The notes beneath the pieces were generated by a model that was not told the origin of the DNA, did no database searches, and saw nothing but the letters and a program-made list of their open reading frames with translations. DNA of 40,000 nucleotides from an uncultured Flammeovirgaceae bacterium (GTDB lineage Bacteria > Bacteroidota > Bacteroidia > Cytophagales > Cyclobacteriaceae), in assembly GCA_913050055.1 (NCBI GenBank), contig CAJXAT010000002.1, forward strand, positions 23,633-63,632, in the 5' to 3' direction. The translations under genes and the position numbers were made by a program. How positions within the stretch are numbered: the stretch's first letter is position 1; each line of letters begins with the position of its first letter. Shown here piece after piece: positions 38,928 to 40,000 of the stretch.

Positions 38928-38952
38928 CCCTCCTTAAATTGTTTAGGGCAAA
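38924..38952. repeat. Inverted repeat TTTGCCCT-N13-AGGGCAAA overlapping the -7 element
   Basis: Arms 38924-38931 and 38945-38952 are perfect reverse complements. Confidence 0.65.
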
Positions 38953-38983
38953 TTAAAGAATTTTACATAAGAGCGCAGGAGGT

Positions 38984-40000
38984 ATGGCAGCGAAAACAAA
39001 AAAAAATAAAAAAGTAGGCTTTTCTAAAGAAACTTACTTGAGTTGGTATGAACAAATGTTATTCATGCGAAGATTTGAAGAAAAGGCGGGACAATTGTAC
39101 GGCCAACAAAAAATAAGAGGATTTTGCCACCTGTACATTGGCCAGGAGGCCTGTGCAGCAGGTTCAGTTTCTGCGCTTATCAAAGGGGATAAATACATTA
39201 CTTCTTACCGAGATCATGCTCACCCTATAGCCTTGGGGACGGATCCAAAATACATCATGGCAGAATTATTCGGTAAGTCAACTGGTGTCTCAAAGGGAAA
39301 AGGTGGATCGATGCACATGTTTGACAAGGAAGTCGGTTTTGTAGGCGGGCACGGAATTGTAGGAGGTCAAATTCCCTTGGGCGCAGGCCTTGGTTTCGCA
39401 GAAAAATATAAGGGTACGGGTAATTTGTGCATCTGCTATATGGGAGATGGAGCCGTAAGACAGGGGGCTTTTCACGAAGCATTAAATCTTGCCATGACAC
39501 AAAAAACTCCTGTTATTTTCGTTATCGAAAATAATGGATATGCGATGGGAACTTCTGTGGAAAGAACCTCCAATGTCACCGAACTTCATCAGTTGGGGGA
39601 AGCTTATGAAATCCCTTCTGCCGCAGTCGATGCCATGAGTGTTGAGGCGGTACACAATGCAGTTACAGAAGCGGCTTCACGCGCGCGTCGAGGTGATGGG
39701 CCCACCTTACTTGAATTCAGAACCTACAGATACAAAGGTCATTCTATGTCAGATCCAGCCAAGTATAGAACCAAAGAAGAAGTAGCTACTTACAAAGACC
39801 GTGACCCTATCGAACAAATAAAAAATGTGATATTAAATAAAAAATATGCGACTGAGAAAGTTCTCAAAGAAATGGACGTAAAACTAAAGGCGCGTGTGGC
39901 AGAAGCCGTTATTTTTGCCGAAGAATCTCCCTACCCTGATCCTTCAGATGCCTATCAAGACGTTTATGCAGAAAAGGATTATCCTTTTGTATTGGAGTAA
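38984..40000 (+). CDS. pdhA: Pyruvate dehydrogenase E1 component alpha subunit
   Basis: RFEEKAGQLYGQQKIRGFCHLYIGQEACAAG, GGSMHMFD, GDGAVRQGAFHEALNLAM, VIFVIENNGYAMGTSVER, RYKGHSMSDPAKYR; stop at window end. Confidence 0.95.
   Translation: MAAKTKKNKKVGFSKETYLSWYEQMLFMRRFEEKAGQLYGQQKIRGFCHLYIGQEACAAGSVSALIKGDKYITSYRDHAHPIALGTDPKYIMAELFGKSTGVSKGKGGSMHMFDKEVGFVGGHGIVGGQIPLGAGLGFAEKYKGTGNLCICYMGDGAVRQGAFHEALNLAMTQKTPVIFVIENNGYAMGTSVERTSNVTELHQLGEAYEIPSAAVDAMSVEAVHNAVTEAASRARRGDGPTLLEFRTYRYKGHSMSDPAKYRTKEEVATYKDRDPIEQIKNVILNKKYATEKVLKEMDVKLKARVAEAVIFAEESPYPDPSDAYQDVYAEKDYPFVLE

Noticed and set aside
1-40000. Possible CRISPR array, defence island, retron, toxin-antitoxin, phage or secretion system
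   Set aside because: No regularly spaced repeats, nuclease/RT/helicase cluster, integrase or transposase motif found by reading. All clusters are metabolic or envelope housekeeping.

Overview
The window reads as an ordinary, densely coded chromosomal segment from a Bacteroidota (Cytophagales-like) bacterium. This rests on a TAnnTTTG-type promoter, a TonB receptor paired with a DUF4249-like lipoprotein, a fused E1 dehydrogenase, bacillithiol genes and DUF6452/DUF6048-like neighbours. I see about 40 genes, nearly all housekeeping: dsbD-like, M23 peptidase, rfbD, cyclophilin, hemC, holB, GlmU-like, zinc-free L31, MsbA-like ABC transporter, gmhA, ceramidase-like, PLP enzyme, nagZ-like, bestrophin, lipA, OsmC, YtxJ, ispF, mnmD, ypdA, 5-FCL, bshC, rimO, recF and pdhA. 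I found no tRNA/rRNA, CRISPR array, recognisable defence system or intact mobile element, and no convincing new multi-gene system. The best second-look items are: (1) a yifB/comM-like ATPase gene with three lesions (ATG start apparently ATA, 7-bp near-tandem duplication causing a frameshift, in-frame TAG replacing a conserved Glu codon); (2) an mnmD-like gene with an in-frame TGA just before its conserved C-terminal motif; (3) bacillithiol-pathway genes within about 13 kb; (4) a small secreted protein with a duplicated 41-aa unit; (5) a perfect inverted repeat overlapping a well-matched promoter upstream of pdhA; (6) a 0.9 kb low-coding gap with a diverged direct repeat. All family calls come from reading the translations by eye. 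No database search was run.
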